Shown piece after piece: positions 1 through 12,535 of a stretch of 64,000 nt of DNA. The notes beneath the pieces were generated by a model, which did no database searches, had not been told where the DNA came from, and saw only the letters and a list, made by a program, of their open reading frames with translations. Position 1 is the first letter of the stretch; every line of letters begins with the position of its first letter. The stretch comes from Curvularia clavata (Eukaryota), in contig CP089277.1 in assembly GCA_023920165.1 (NCBI GenBank), positions 3,720,001-3,784,000 of the forward strand, read 5' to 3'. A program made the position numbers and the translations under genes.

Positions 1-648
1 AGCGTGGACAAGGCGACTCCGTCCAAGACCGACTCATCCAAGGTGGGCGCAGTGCATCTCAAGGATGGCACGGCGCTGGAAGCGGACTTGGTGATTGAGG
101 GTGTTGGTGTTGCACCCGCTACTGAATATCTCAAGGGCAACTCTAGCATCACTCTTGAGAAGGACGGATCGCTGAAGACGGACGAGTCGTTTGCGGTCCA
201 GGGGCTGACTGATGTGTATGCCATTGGCGACATTGCCACGTACCCTTATCACGGACCTGGAGGCAACGGCTCACCAGTGCGCATCGAGCACTGGAATGTA
301 GCCCAAAACGCGGGCCGGTCAGTGGCCAATACAATCAACAACCCGGGGTCGAAGCCAAAGCCGTTTATTCCCGTCTTCTGGTCGGCGCTTGGTTCTCAGC
401 TGCGATACTGTGGTAACACGGTGGGTGGTTATGACGACGTGGTTCTCCAAGGGGAGCCAGAGAAGCCATCGTTTGTCGCCTACTACACGCGAGGGGAAAC
501 TGTTGTGGCCGTGGCATCGATGATGAAGGATCCGTACATGACGCAGGCGGCAGAACTGATGAGGAGGAACAAGATGCCGAGCAAGAGTGAGCTGCAGAAA
601 GGGGTGGATATTTTGGAGATTAGTCTTCCCAGTGAGGTCAAGATCTAG
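1..648 (+). CDS. AIF-like / ferredoxin-reductase-type FAD-dependent oxidoreductase, 3' part (5' truncated by window)
   Basis: Motifs ADLVIEGVGVAP, VYAIGDIA, RIEHWNVAQ and PVFWS are typical of Pyr_redox_2 plus Reductase_C (AIF3/Aif1-like); stop TAG ends at 648. Confidence 0.85.
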   Translation, partial: SVDKATPSKTDSSKVGAVHLKDGTALEADLVIEGVGVAPATEYLKGNSSITLEKDGSLKTDESFAVQGLTDVYAIGDIATYPYHGPGGNGSPVRIEHWNVAQNAGRSVANTINNPGSKPKPFIPVFWSALGSQLRYCGNTVGGYDDVVLQGEPEKPSFVAYYTRGETVVAVASMMKDPYMTQAAELMRRNKMPSKSELQKGVDILEISLPSEVKI

Positions 649-1575
649 GCGGGACTAGTGTGGTACTGGAGCAGAGCAGACCCTGCCACGGAAATCAAAA
701 GTTGCGACGAATATAGATGGCAGTGATTTGTAAATGCAATTGTGGCCAAGCAGCGGGGCAAAGGGTACCCATGTTACTCCATGGGCACAGCGTACCCCCG
801 CTGTGAAAAGCGTGATAAGCTTGTTCTGGGGCGATAAGAGGAAATGAAGAGTAATGGGGCCTGGGGACAGAGTGACGTCGAGGGCCACGACAAGAGCCTC
901 AGATTGCTCAAGGCGAGTGTAGGCAGGCCAGGATGGCTGGGATGGCGGCAGAGTCGAGCAACGGTGGGAGAGCGGGAGAGTGGGTCTGCAGTGGCACGGC
1001 CAGGGCGATCCAGAGGCGCGCCAGCAGCTCGTCTCATCTCCGAGGACGGGCCTACGGGGGCCCTAGGCGTGGTAAGTGGAGTGTTTGTCGCCCATGTATT
1101 TATATACATGTACGACTATTACAACAAAATGCTAGACAGATGCGTCTATGTCCAAGTCTATGTATGTAGTATGTGTATACGGCGTACATGAGCACAAGTG
1201 GGCAGGCATGGACAGTTGATGGTAGTGATGATGCAGGCTGCGTGGCTAGGCGATATATGGCTAGTCGCCCGTTTGTTACGACAGGTACTGGTACTGGAAA
1301 AGGGAGAGGCGGACCAGGTGGTAGTGTAGTGCATTGGGCGAAAGGGCACTAGCATGCAGGGCGCTTCCTCGCTCGCTTGGGGCGCTGGCTGAGACAGGGT
1401 GACAGGTGTATCAGGGTGGATGACTGCTGGCATGTCACCGACGTCCGTCAGTTGTCGGTCTGGCCGTGGCATTGCACCTTGGTTTGTCTGCGGCGGAGCG
1501 GCAGCAGAGTCAGATGAGGCCAGGATGGGACGAGATAGGGCTGAGTGCAGTGCCGTGCAGTGCAGGTGTCGTGGT

Positions 1576-1633
1576 GCGCATCATCGTCATCGTCATCATC
1601 ATCGTCATCATGTGCATGTGCATGTGCATGTGC
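1576..1633. repeat. Compound microsatellite (CAT/CGT)n followed by (GCATGT)n
   Basis: catcatcgtcatcgtcatcatcatcgtcatcat then gtgcatgtgcatgtgcatgtgc, intergenic. Confidence 0.8.
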
Positions 1634-2334
1634 GAGGGCGACGCTCAAGGCGGAGGCTGGCCATGGTGCTGTGGCTGCTATTGTTATTGTTGATGTTGAC
1701 CATGTTGTTGGTGAGGTCAAAGTGTCGTGGGGGTCTTTCTTTTTTTGGCCCCGAGGGGTTTGGTCGGGTCGGCCATGTGCAGAAAGAGGTCAACGGCCAG
1801 TCAGCAGCACTGGGGGCGTGTCTCGTCGACGAGGAAGAGGCAGTTCGCGGCTAGCCTGATGGCGGGCAGGCGAGGGCATAACGGGCAATTTACGCGTGCC
1901 GGGGCGAGGGAGCGTGAAACAAGCCATTAGCCGGGTGGCCGTATCCGACCTGGTGGCCGAGCGAGCAATGGCTGGATGGCAGTGAAGGCGCCGAGCGAGC
2001 CTCAGGCGCGTCCCGGGCGCGAAGAGGTGTCGCAGCGGGCGGGTGCGTCGGTGGGCGTCGCAGAGGGACAGGACAGGATAGACAGTCTTGTTGGTGTTGT
2101 AGCACCGTCTAGTTTGACGTGCCGTCGGTCGATGCTTTTGGCGGCCTGGTTTGGTGACCAGCCCACACCCCTGTCCATGATGTGCATCCGCTGGCCTCCT
2201 TTCCTCTGTCTTTGCGCCTTTACCGAGATTGCCAAAGACCACCAGCACCAGCACCAGCCCAACTCGGCCGCCCGCCATTCCTCTTCTCCGCCCACGCCGA
2301 CCCAGCAACGCCCAGCAGCCGCCGTGCTGCGCAG

Positions 2335-2402
2335 TGAGAGAGACTGAGTGTGTGTGTGCGCGCGAGAGAGAGACCGAGAACAAAAGAGAGAGAGACGGAG
2401 AG
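2335..2402. repeat. Compound GA/GT/CG dinucleotide microsatellite upstream of kinase gene
   Basis: gagagagac, tgtgtgtgtg, cgcgcg and gagagagaga tracts. Confidence 0.7.
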
Positions 2403-3013
2403 AACAACCACGAGCGCGCGCCAGTGTCGTCCTGTATACCCCAAAGCCAGGTGCATGCACTAGCCGGCCAGCATCCGAGACGTCAAAAGGCCACAGTCAA
2501 CGGCTGCCCTCAACCACTGCACGCTGCATTGCTCTGCATTGCATTGCTTTGCTTTGCTTCACACGCACTGCACCGCGCCCGCATCCGCTCTTTTCTGCCC
2601 TGCACGCGCATGTCAAGGGCCCGTCGCGCCAGCAAACGCCCTCTACACCGCGCTCCACCACGCCCAAGCCCTCGACCCGTGTCGCGCGCCCCAAACGCCA
2701 TTGCTCAACCTCGTCCCAATTGCCTGCTGGCTGCTCGCCGTCTCCTGTCCTCTGAACTCACATAGTCGTCTGCAGTCCTGCTTCGCGACGACGCCTTCTG
2801 CGCGCCTTGTGTGTGTGTGCATGCTCTCTGCGGCGCCGGTCAAGCTAGACGAGTCTCTCCCCGCCATCGCCCATTCGACAGCTCAACACCGCCAGTTCAG
2901 ACCCGCCCGCAAACCGCCGCCATCCCAGCCTGGGTCCGATAATCTAGCCCGTCTGCCCTGCTGCAGACACGCCATCGCCACGACCCCCCTCAAAATCTAA
3001 TCACCTCTAGACC

Positions 3014-6000
3014 ATGGCCGCCGTAGCATCGCAGCCGCCCCACGGTCAACAGTACTACCAACAGCAACCACCCCAACAACAACAACCCTCATCGTCGTCC
3101 GCGGCTGCCTCCCCCTCCAGTGCTCGTCGTCCATCGCGACGCCCCAGTAATGGCGCGTCCCCAAACACGCCTACCACGCCCCAGACTCACGACTCTGCCC
3201 TAAACACGTCCCGCGTCCAACCCCAACACTCCTCCACCACTACTACCACCACCACAGCCGGCGGCCCCATGGCTCCTCCAAGGACCTCGTCGCATCGCAG
3301 CACCTCCAACGGCGCCCCACCCTCATCTCACCAGCGCGACGAGACCTCACAGTCGCGTCGCCGGGCAAAGGAAAGCCCTCGCCAGCAAGGCAACTCGACC
3401 AGATCGCAGCCCACACACAGCCGCTCCGCCACCGCAATTGGCCAGCCGCCTGTCAACACCAGCCTGCCGCGCGAGGAGAGTGCCGTCATAAACCGCATCG
3501 TCGTCTCCGACACCCAGGAGGACATTGCCCGTGCGCAAGCTCGCCAAGGAGAGGCTGTACCCGTCAATGCTGCAGGCGCCGACCTCACCCCTATAACAGG
3601 CCTTAGCCTCGTTGGCAGCGAGGGCGTCGACGATGGCGGCCGGGGAGCCGGCGGAAAAAGCAGGCAGGACCACTCCAAGTCGGAGAATGCGAAGCGATCC
3701 AAGTTTGGTAACTACATCCTTGGTCAGACGCTCGGCGAGGGTGAGTTTGGCAAGGTCAAGATGGGATGGAAGCGAGACAGCCCCATCGAGGTTGCAATCA
3801 AGCTCATACGCCGCGAGACGCTCGGCAGCAACTCGAACCGCCTGCAAAAGATTTACCGTGAAATCCACATTCTCAGAGGACTCGATCACCCAAACATTGT
3901 CCGCCTCCACGAAATGGTGGAGACGGAGCGCCACATTGGTATCATTTTGGAATATGCTTCAGGTGGTGAGTTATTCGACTACATTCTGAACCATCGTTAC
4001 CTCAAGGACGGCCCGGCCCGGAAACTGTTTTCGCAGCTCATTTCAGGCGTCGGATATCTGCACCGCAAGGGTATTGTGCACAGAGATCTCAAGCTCGAGA
4101 ACCTTTTGCTCGACCGCAACAAGAACATCATCATCACCGACTTTGGCTTCGCAAACACCTTCGACCCCAACGATGAGCTCAGCGAGGAGATTGAGTACAG
4201 GTTGGGAGACAAGGACTTTATGAAATCCCTCGGCCTCGATGGCAGTGACGCAACACGGCGCGGTGATCTCATGCAGACCAGCTGCGGAAGTCCCTGCTAT
4301 GCGGCGCCAGAATTGGTCGTCAGTGATTCGCTCTACACAGGCCGCAAGGTGGATGTATGGAGTTGTGGTGTTATTCTGGTATGTTGGCTCTTCTCCATGT
4401 GGCATTCAAAACCACTAACGTTATCCGCAGTATGCCATGTTGGCCGGCTATCTTCCGTTTGACGATGACCCAGCGAACCCCGAGGGTGATAACATCAATC
4501 TGCTCTACAAATACATTGTGTCCACTCCCTTGACATTCCCCGAATATGTCACGCCCCATGCAAGGGATCTCCTCAAGCGAATTCTTGTCCCCGATCCACG
4601 CAAACGAGCAGACTTGTTCGAGGTGGCACGTCACAGCTGGTTAGCCGATTACGCCCATGTGGTTGGCTTCATTACCTCGAGCAACACAAATGTGGCCGAG
4701 GCTCAGCAGGCGTCGGTGTATTCGAGTAAGCCTTCATACTCATGCTTGGCGGATAGTTTACAGACTAACTTTTCACCAGAAGACACATTCGAGCCACAGC
4801 CTGCTCTGGCAAGAAGCGCGTCCGTTCGCGAACCTGCCAAACCACACATCGCCGCGTCTGCACATGGCGGACTCCAGACGAAGCGTGACCAGATCAACCA
4901 GGCCCCCGAGAAGCCCAAAGCCACTCGCGATACCAAACGCCGAACCGTCCAAGTCGAATACGTTGCGCCGTCCTCACAAACTGCACGCGGTGAGGCCTCA
5001 CCTCCTGCCGAAACTGCGCCCAAAGTACGCGGTAGAGAGGCCGAGGTGGCACCGATTACGGATGGGCATCAACCAGCCACAGGCGCTAGGCCATCTCGTT
5101 CGTCAGGCGCAGTTCAAGCTCCAACCAGGAAGCAAGAGCCTCAAAGATCGACATCAGAGTACACAGCATTTACCAATCCACCCACATCTGCTACTCGTCC
5201 TTCTACGAGTGGCGCTCTAGGCTCAAGGCTTCCCTCCCGAGGAAACTCGTACGGACAACCGTCGGTCGCGACAGTAGCCCAGACGAATGCCGAAGGTCGC
5301 TTCTCACAACCCAAGGGCAAGCAGTATTCGATATCTGCGCCCTATGCTCAGCATGATGCTTCTGAAGCTGCAGAACCACCCAACATTGGCCAGCCAAGCG
5401 CGCAGCGAGCGCAATCGATTCAGATGGGACCGCATGGACCCAAGGGCACCCATCGACGTTCCAACACGGTTACCGAGACCTTGGGCCGTATGACATCCAT
5501 GTTCTCCGGTCGCCAGCCTTCATACCAGGACCCCAAAGCATCCCTTACCTCTCAGGGTTCCTACGGCTATCCTGACGACAAGAAGCAAAGGAACTACCCC
5601 CCAACCTCCATGGCAGGACCCATGTCCAACGATAACATCAGCGCGACTACAGGTCCCAGACCGAGCATGGAATCTAGCCGTCGCACTTCTTTTGGCTTCT
5701 CCAGGAAGAACAACAGTAGCAGCAACAGCAACAACGGTGACAGCACAAAGCCTTCGCGACGCTTCTCTCTCATTCCTTCATCCTTGTCTCGAACTTTCAC
5801 ATCACGAGAAAGCGCAACATCTCAAGCCTCGCACGAGCGCCGCGCTTCGAGCTCTCGTCCCCGCGCTAGCTCGCGTCCCGGCGGGGGCATGAGCTTTGGC
5901 CGTGGCGGCTTATCCAGGTCTCCTAGTCAGAGCACCCAAGGAAGCAACATGCCCGGTGTGTACGATGGCCGCCAGGACAGGTTAACGAACATGCACGCGA

Positions 6001-6416
6001 ACGCAGCTGGACCATCATCCGCTCCACCAAACCAGACCCATTTCAACAATTACAACCAATCAGCCGCCGAATTTGACGAGAAATTCCCCAATCCCCAGGA
6101 AGCGCATCCGGCTGCACAGGTCGGCCGTCATTACCAACAGACTGCTGACGGTTCCGACGTCAGCGAAACCCAAGGCCCTGGTCGTATCTCGATATCCCAG
6201 CAATTTGGCCAACGAAACACATCCAACCCTTACCCTCCCGGCATGGGCGGAGACGAGTTCCAGCAGCAGCAACGCAAGGGCGTGCTTCAGAAGAGCAGGC
6301 GCTTCGCTGATGCATACGACGAGCAGAGCTCTGCAAACAAGGGAAGCTCAGGCAGCTCTAAGAAGGTCATGGATTTCTTCCGGCGCATAGGCAAGCAGCG
6401 GACCAGCAGCCGTTGA
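3014..6416 (+). CDS. KIN4: Kin4/KfsA-like CAMK-family Ser/Thr protein kinase; introns 4379-4430 and 4726-4779
   Basis: LGEGEFGKVK, VAIK, HRDLKLEN, ITDFGFA, TSCGSPCYAAPE and DVWSCGVIL|YAMLAGYLPFDDD. The long insert after DFG and the TKRRTVQVEY and KVMDFFRR motifs fit fungal Kin4-like kinases. Both introns are GT..CTAAC..CAG. Confidence 0.8.
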
Positions 6417-8296
6417 TTTCTATAAATCAAAGCAGGCTTCTGGCGAACCATTCTGCGTCCCACAACGGGCTTGGTTGGGACTGAAAGGCGGATGATGAAG
6501 TGTTGGATAATTGATCGCTTTTTTTTGGATTTGGATGTTTTTTCGGGAGCTCCCTGAGAGCAAAGCAAACGTGGCTGTCGCTTTTTCTACAACGCGTGCT
6601 GGACAGCGTCCAACAAAGACGTTGAAAGAGAGAGTGAGAGAGAGAGAAGGGAAAGTCGGTGTTTCTAGAGCGTTTACTAGGCGCATAGCGGTTGGGGGGT
6701 TTGCTCTTTCTTTTTCTTGTTCTCACACCACTCTTGTTTGTGTTTTTTTTTCTGTCTAGCATGGCCTCTGCTTTCTTGTTCGCTGTCTCGTGTTCGCTGG
6801 ATACCACTATTCAAGCTACATGTGTCGCGCGCGTGTGTGGGCCGTCAACTTGTTCTCTTCTTCTCTTATATTTTATCTCTTACGTCTTTTTGTTTTCGCT
6901 ACTTGGTCTCTCCTCTGCGCGGCAAAGCATCATCAGCGTGTATGCGTCTGTGTCTTGCGGAATGGGTCTGAGAGATATGTGTAATAACTTGTTCTTGTTT
7001 GCATAAGACTCTGGCGTTTTTCTCCTACTCTTTTTTTTTACATATCATCATTAGTACTACTAGTAGTTTATTTTCCCCTTCTTCATTCTCTCTCCTCAAG
7101 AGTATATTCAGCGAGGGGAGAAAGCAAGGAATAAAAGAAGGCTCTGGGGAATGAAGAGACTCTCCCACTTCTCACTCACGTTCTTCATGTTTCTTCTACC
7201 AGTGAAGAGGGCAAGCGAATTGCACAATGATCAAGTTTATACCTATACTACTCACCTACCTACACATATTATGTTGAGCCAAGTTAATCTTTACTCTGTT
7301 GGCCCTTTTTTCGTCATTTCGAGCCTCATTATATGCAATAGAGATGGTCTACCATGCCCTGCGCTTGCAGACGTCGACATTCTTACTTTTCCCAAGTGAC
7401 CGACTGATCAAATTATAAAAATGTAGTCTAGTGTAGTGCATACAAACCATTGGCGCGTGAGAAAGGAAGGAAAGCTACATTTTCCTGAACCAGGACTTTT
7501 TCAACGCTGTCATCGGACTGGTGAGATGGACAAGAACGAGTGTGATGTTGTTGTGTCTTTTACGTGTAGAATACAGTGTTGATGTGCTTGCGCGCGCAAA
7601 ACCCTCACCATCACCACCACCACCACTTTCCGCAATTGGGATTAAAAAACCCTCATCAGACTAAGCTATTGAATGTACGTCATCCGATTCCAGGTAATTT
7701 GACACTGCTCCGATGAGAAATGCATGCGTGGTGAATTTTCGTAGTGTTAGATGTGCAAACGCTAATTTAGAAAAAGGGACGATGCTTCGTACGTCAGCAG
7801 CCAATCAACTCAGAACGTGGGATATACCCACATGATGAATGCATGTACGCGTAATGACACATTAGAAAATATGCATTCTAAGTGAAAGAAGGTTTCAATG
7901 CCTAAAAGTTCAACCATTCAGGGGAACACATGATTAGCCTGAGCTCACACAAACGTCTCGAACTGGTCACATACAATTCCAACACTACTCGACGTCAACA
8001 ACATGGGATCAAAAGAAGAATTTAATCGACATGGGGATTCTTGTATTTTCACATGCTACTACTAAAAATGACACTGATTCTATAGTATGACAAGAAATCT
8101 GGGTATCATCCCCAGTATACACAGAATAAGCCCTCTCTCGCATATTTTCTTCTTCTTCTTCTCTTGTAAACCAAACCAAACCAACTGCCAACTATATAAA
8201 CGATTCGCGATGCAATCTATATCCATTCTAGACCAATTTCCCTACCATGTACTCTACCGCTTTTGCAAACATGTGCTACGAGCAAAGTCGTTTGAT

Positions 8297-9312
8297 TTAC
8301 GAAGGGGGCAACTCACCGCCCTCCTTATCCATGCCAACAGGCAGCACGGCCTTGGCACCACCCTGGGAGTTGAGATAACTAAGGTAGCAGTTCCATCCTA
8401 ATACGAATTGTCAGCCCTCTTCTCCTATTTCCTCCAAAAAAAAGGAAAGTTTAGTAAAATAGGGAGACTTACCAAGCGAAATAATATTCACCACCAGAAC
8501 TCTCATCTCAGCGGGAACATACTTGAAGTTGGTGAACTGAACCCACGGCCAAATCATCAAGTTCTTCTGGTATCCCGGCACAAAGGCGTCCTTGAGGCGC
8601 TGCGAGGGCGAGTTACCCTCCATGTAGGCCATGCTGGAGAGGAAGACGGTCATGTTGACGGGGGCAAAGAGGAACTGGTCGCATGCGACGCGGGCGACGA
8701 TGGTGCCGTTTTTCGAGGGGAGGTTGACGCGGCGCACAAGGAAGTCGAACCATTTGGTGGCTGCGGGGCCGAAGATGCCTGGCGGGTTGTTAGGTGATTG
8801 ATTGTGCAGGGTAGGTAAAAGGAAAAAAAAGCAATGAGGGAAAGGAAGCCGGCGTGGGGGTAGAGAGAAAGAGAGAGAGAAGCACTTACAGCCTCCGTAG
8901 GCGGCCATGCGGCCTGTCCGCGCGAAATCGTGCTTATCGAGTCCTCTCCTTTCGACTCCTTGCTGTGCCATTGTGTCGCCCGTTGCAAAGAGCACCTGCT
9001 GTGTGTCAGTGCTGTGCAATCCCCTTGTTGACTCTTTTCAATTGCTCCGAAGAGAAGCACTTGTCATGGCGCCGTTTATTATCATCATCATTATCGTCGT
9101 CCTGCATTGCGTGTGGGTACGCGCGCCCAAGGACTCGAGCGACGAATTGACGACTCTAGGGACAGAGAGAGTACGTACCGCGGTGGTGATACTCTGCGTT
9201 AGCAGTGGCGCCGTCCGTAGCTTGGATTGGTACCTTGCGTCTTGATCAGCGTCTCTCCTGCTTTTGACTCTTCACCGATTCTTCACACTTGGACTCACCA
9301 GCGGAATGCCAT
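8297..9312 (-). CDS. SYM1: Mpv17/PMP22 family mitochondrial inner membrane protein; 4 introns inferred
   Basis: Spliced product MAFRWYQSKLRTAPLLTQSITTA|VLFATGDTMAQQ...ARVACDQFLFAP...WPWVQFTNF..VP...SLGWNCYLSYLNS is typical of Sym1; stop TAA at 8297-8299. Confidence 0.9.
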
Positions 9313-10057
9313 TTTGGGAAATGTGTGCAATGGATCTGCTGCAGGAAAACGAGACGCAGATATATATAGGAGCCGTCAGGAGCGACACACGATAAGCGTT
9401 GAGAGAGAGTGGAGATGTCCAAGACGTGTGCGTGTGTGGAAAAAGAAAGTCTGATAATTCAGAAGAGATAGTTTGGTGAGCTTGCGGGACCGATGATGTC
9501 GTTAGTGCAGCAGGGTCCCGTCGCCGCACATGGCGGTCGGGGAACTTAGCTTGACCCCTGATCCCCACCCCCCTACTCCATGGCGAACATTTCTCTACCC
9601 ACCTGACTCTGAAAGGCCCTATTTGGTCACGTTCTAGGCTCTGGGGGCTTCAGCGCAAGGTTTGGAAAAAGTTCATAACTCAATTCGATTCCGCGCTCGC
9701 CTGTTCATGGTGGGGTATAGTATGAGCAGACTACTAGTTACAAGATGCTAGACCTGTATTGTACAAAGGGCCTTTTGCGCAAGAGGAGAAAAAAAAAACA
9801 AGTAGAAAAACAAGAGGAAGAAATGGCGCGGGTGTGGTCTAGCTCATGGTGCTTGAGCACGACATCAGATTCCATCCAGTCCTATCAGTGTCCTGATCTC
9901 GCTGCCTATAGCCTAAGAAAGGATTTCAAGATGAAAGAACGCCAGGCCAGCTGCTCTCACCTGGCTATGTGACCAGAGCTATGCTCACAGAACGCGGGTA
10001 TCCAAGAAATCATGTCGTAAATATTTTTTGCGTAAACTGGGTATGTAAAAAAGCGCT

Positions 10058-11191
10058 TTAATCAATTTCCATGCGCTGCGACGGCGCAGGTCCACTTAAC
10101 GAGGGCATCTCTGTGCTGTATGGCTTGTCGTTTTGCACAATCTTGTCGTTGACATGCGGCTTGAGGCCCTTGTTGAAGTTGTGCGTGCACAGACAGGCCG
10201 TGACAATGGTGCAAATGAGCAGCAGAATGGTGAGGATGGCAAAAGCGGTCAGGGACTTGCGAGCTGGCTTGTAGTCCTCCTGGCGGTTGGCGTCGGCCAC
10301 CCACATGCGGATGAGCTTGAACAGGAAGTAGCCCATGGCGATGAAGTAGACGATGATAATACTGATCATGCCCGCGAATGACTCGCGACGAACCCACCAG
10401 GCGGCGAGGAACAAAAGAAAGAAGGTGATGACGAGGGCGGCGGCGGTCAGGGCCTGTTCAACCGTTTTTGTGTTTTCGACCACTACAAGGAACTGTACGG
10501 TGAAGGCGAGGAAAAAGAAAAAGTCAAACTTTAACAGCGCAATATAAATCTGCGAGGGTCAGCACAACGTTTCGACATGGGTCCTTTATGGAGTCAGTAA
10601 GTACCTGGTAAGTCAGATAGCGCTTCTTGAGGCGGGTGTCGGCACTGATGCGCTTGTAGATTGTCCAGGCAAACTCATCGTACAGCTTCCAGGCCTCGAA
10701 AGCAAAGATGATTGTTGCGACAGCCATCAAGACGGGAAGGGCAATGAGCATGGGCTTGACATCGATCCAGAAGAAGGCGGGAATGAAAGCGCTATCATTC
10801 AGGTCGTCTGCAGCGTCCTTGATTTGATCGAACTGGATACCAGCGTAGACGAGAATACCGATGTTGTACAGGACAAGACCGATGACTTGAATCGTGTTCT
10901 TGAGGCGCAGGGCGTCCCATGTCAAAAAGAGCTGGTAGATGTAACCGAACATGAAGACAGCCAGGAACGTGGGAATGGTACGGGTTTCGTTGGCTCCCGC
11001 ATCCTGGGCAGCGAAGTGGATCTCGGCCTGGAATTTACCAAAGACATAGCTGCGAGCGTGTTAGCTGGTTAAAGCGGAGGCGTGGGAACAGGCAGGGAAA
11101 AGACGCACGATTCTAGAGCGAGGGCGATGGTGACCTGGGCTATGGCCGTGAGCATGAAAGCCCAGGTCCAGCGCGTATTGGGAATGTACAT
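10058..11191 (-). CDS. Conserved fungal multi-pass membrane protein (UPF0658-like); 2 introns (~11050-11108, ~10552-10605)
   Basis: MYIPNTRWTWAF...TIPTFLAVFMFGYIYQLFLTWDALRLKNTIQVIGL...WKLYDEFAWTIYKRISAD...CTHNFNKGLK..RMEID, with about 7 hydrophobic segments. Family name is from recall. Confidence 0.7.
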
Positions 11192-12535
11192 TCTGGGTGG
11201 TCGTCGGACGGGGGGCGGGAGCGTCGTGGGGAAGCCCTCGCGGTGATGATAACCTCCCGGCTGGGTATCCACGTTGGGCGGTATTTGATATGGAGGCTGG
11301 TAGGCCGTGTTTGCGTAGTTTGGATAGTTGCGGTCGAGAGGCTGGCCTCCTAGGAGGGATGTGCGGGCCTCGTGGTGAGTAATTTTGGCTGAGGTAGCAG
11401 CCGCGAGCGGCGGCTGAAAGCGTGTGGATATAGGCGTGTTTGGCGGGGGGAGATTTGGTTTTGTGGCACAGACAAGCTGTGGAACGTGAAGAAGTCGGCG
11501 GCCAGCGGTGTGTAGGGCTGCCGGGGACAGGTGGTGAGACGCCGTGTGCGCGCTGCAAGGAGAGCTGAAACCAGACGAGTCGCTTTAGTTTGGGGGCGTC
11601 TGGGCAGCTCCGGGGCGGGCGCGTGTCGCTGAAACTAGGTAATGCTTGGCTGGTGCGGAGAGGCCGACAGACGGGGACACGAGCGACGGGCGAGGGCGGG
11701 TGCAATGGGGGTGGCGAGCAGTGAAAACGAGCGAGCGGCTGGATGAGGAGGGATGGCGGTTGGAGACGAGAGCGGGCGTGAGAGCAGAAGAAGATGGGAT
11801 GGGATGGGATGGAATGGAGATGGGGACGAAGAAGATGGGGTGCTGCAGAGCCAAAGTAGCGCTGGGCATGTGGAGACGACAACTGGGAAGGCTGACGGGG
11901 GTCTCGTCGCCGTAGGATCCGCTAGCCTGCTCCGGCCTTGTTGACGACGCTGCTAATGCTACCAGGACCTGGGGCTGTTGAGCGGGCGAGCGTGTGCATT
12001 TGACCCTGTTGTACTGTCGCGGGCGCTGGGAACAGGCGGTCGTGGTGGCTGTCATGCGCCGGCGCCATGGCTTGTCTTTTGAGCACGCGCAGAGTGAATT
12101 GCACACTCACGACGTGAATAGCAGCACGATTCCGCGCCCTGCAATCCAGGCACAAGCACACGCACGCATGCGCAGAAAAGGCACGTGCTCTGTGTGCACC
12201 GCCCGCTGCTTGGCACGGTAGGTCACCGCCACGCGCCTGATTGGCCTGCCGCGTATAATTATAGCGCCAATCCTGTACCGCTTAGCCCATCCTCGCATTT
12301 CTGTGGCGCAGATTTCGCCTTCGCCGTGGCTGTGGTGGATGCGGTGGAGCTTCAATCTGCCGTCATTCCATACGCTCCCCAGCCCAATCACCAGCTGCTG
12401 CGCCTTTGCATTATCCACGACGCGCACTGCCAGGCCCGTTGTTTCGGCCCAACCGACAATCCGCCGCGAAAGCTGCCGTGTCGTCGTGTTGCTTTGCTAG
12501 CCACAGCTCTGTGAAGCCATTACGCCCTGCCTGGC

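Noticed and set aside
650..3000. Numerous 60-205 aa ORFs upstream of the kinase
   Set aside because: GC-rich, microsatellite-laden intergenic or UTR sequence giving low-complexity translations in all frames.
9000..9178. ATGATGA...CTGA in a SYM1 intron as a possible snoRNA
   Set aside because: The C-like box is part of a (GAT)n microsatellite, the CTGA is the branch site, and no rRNA-complementary guide was seen.
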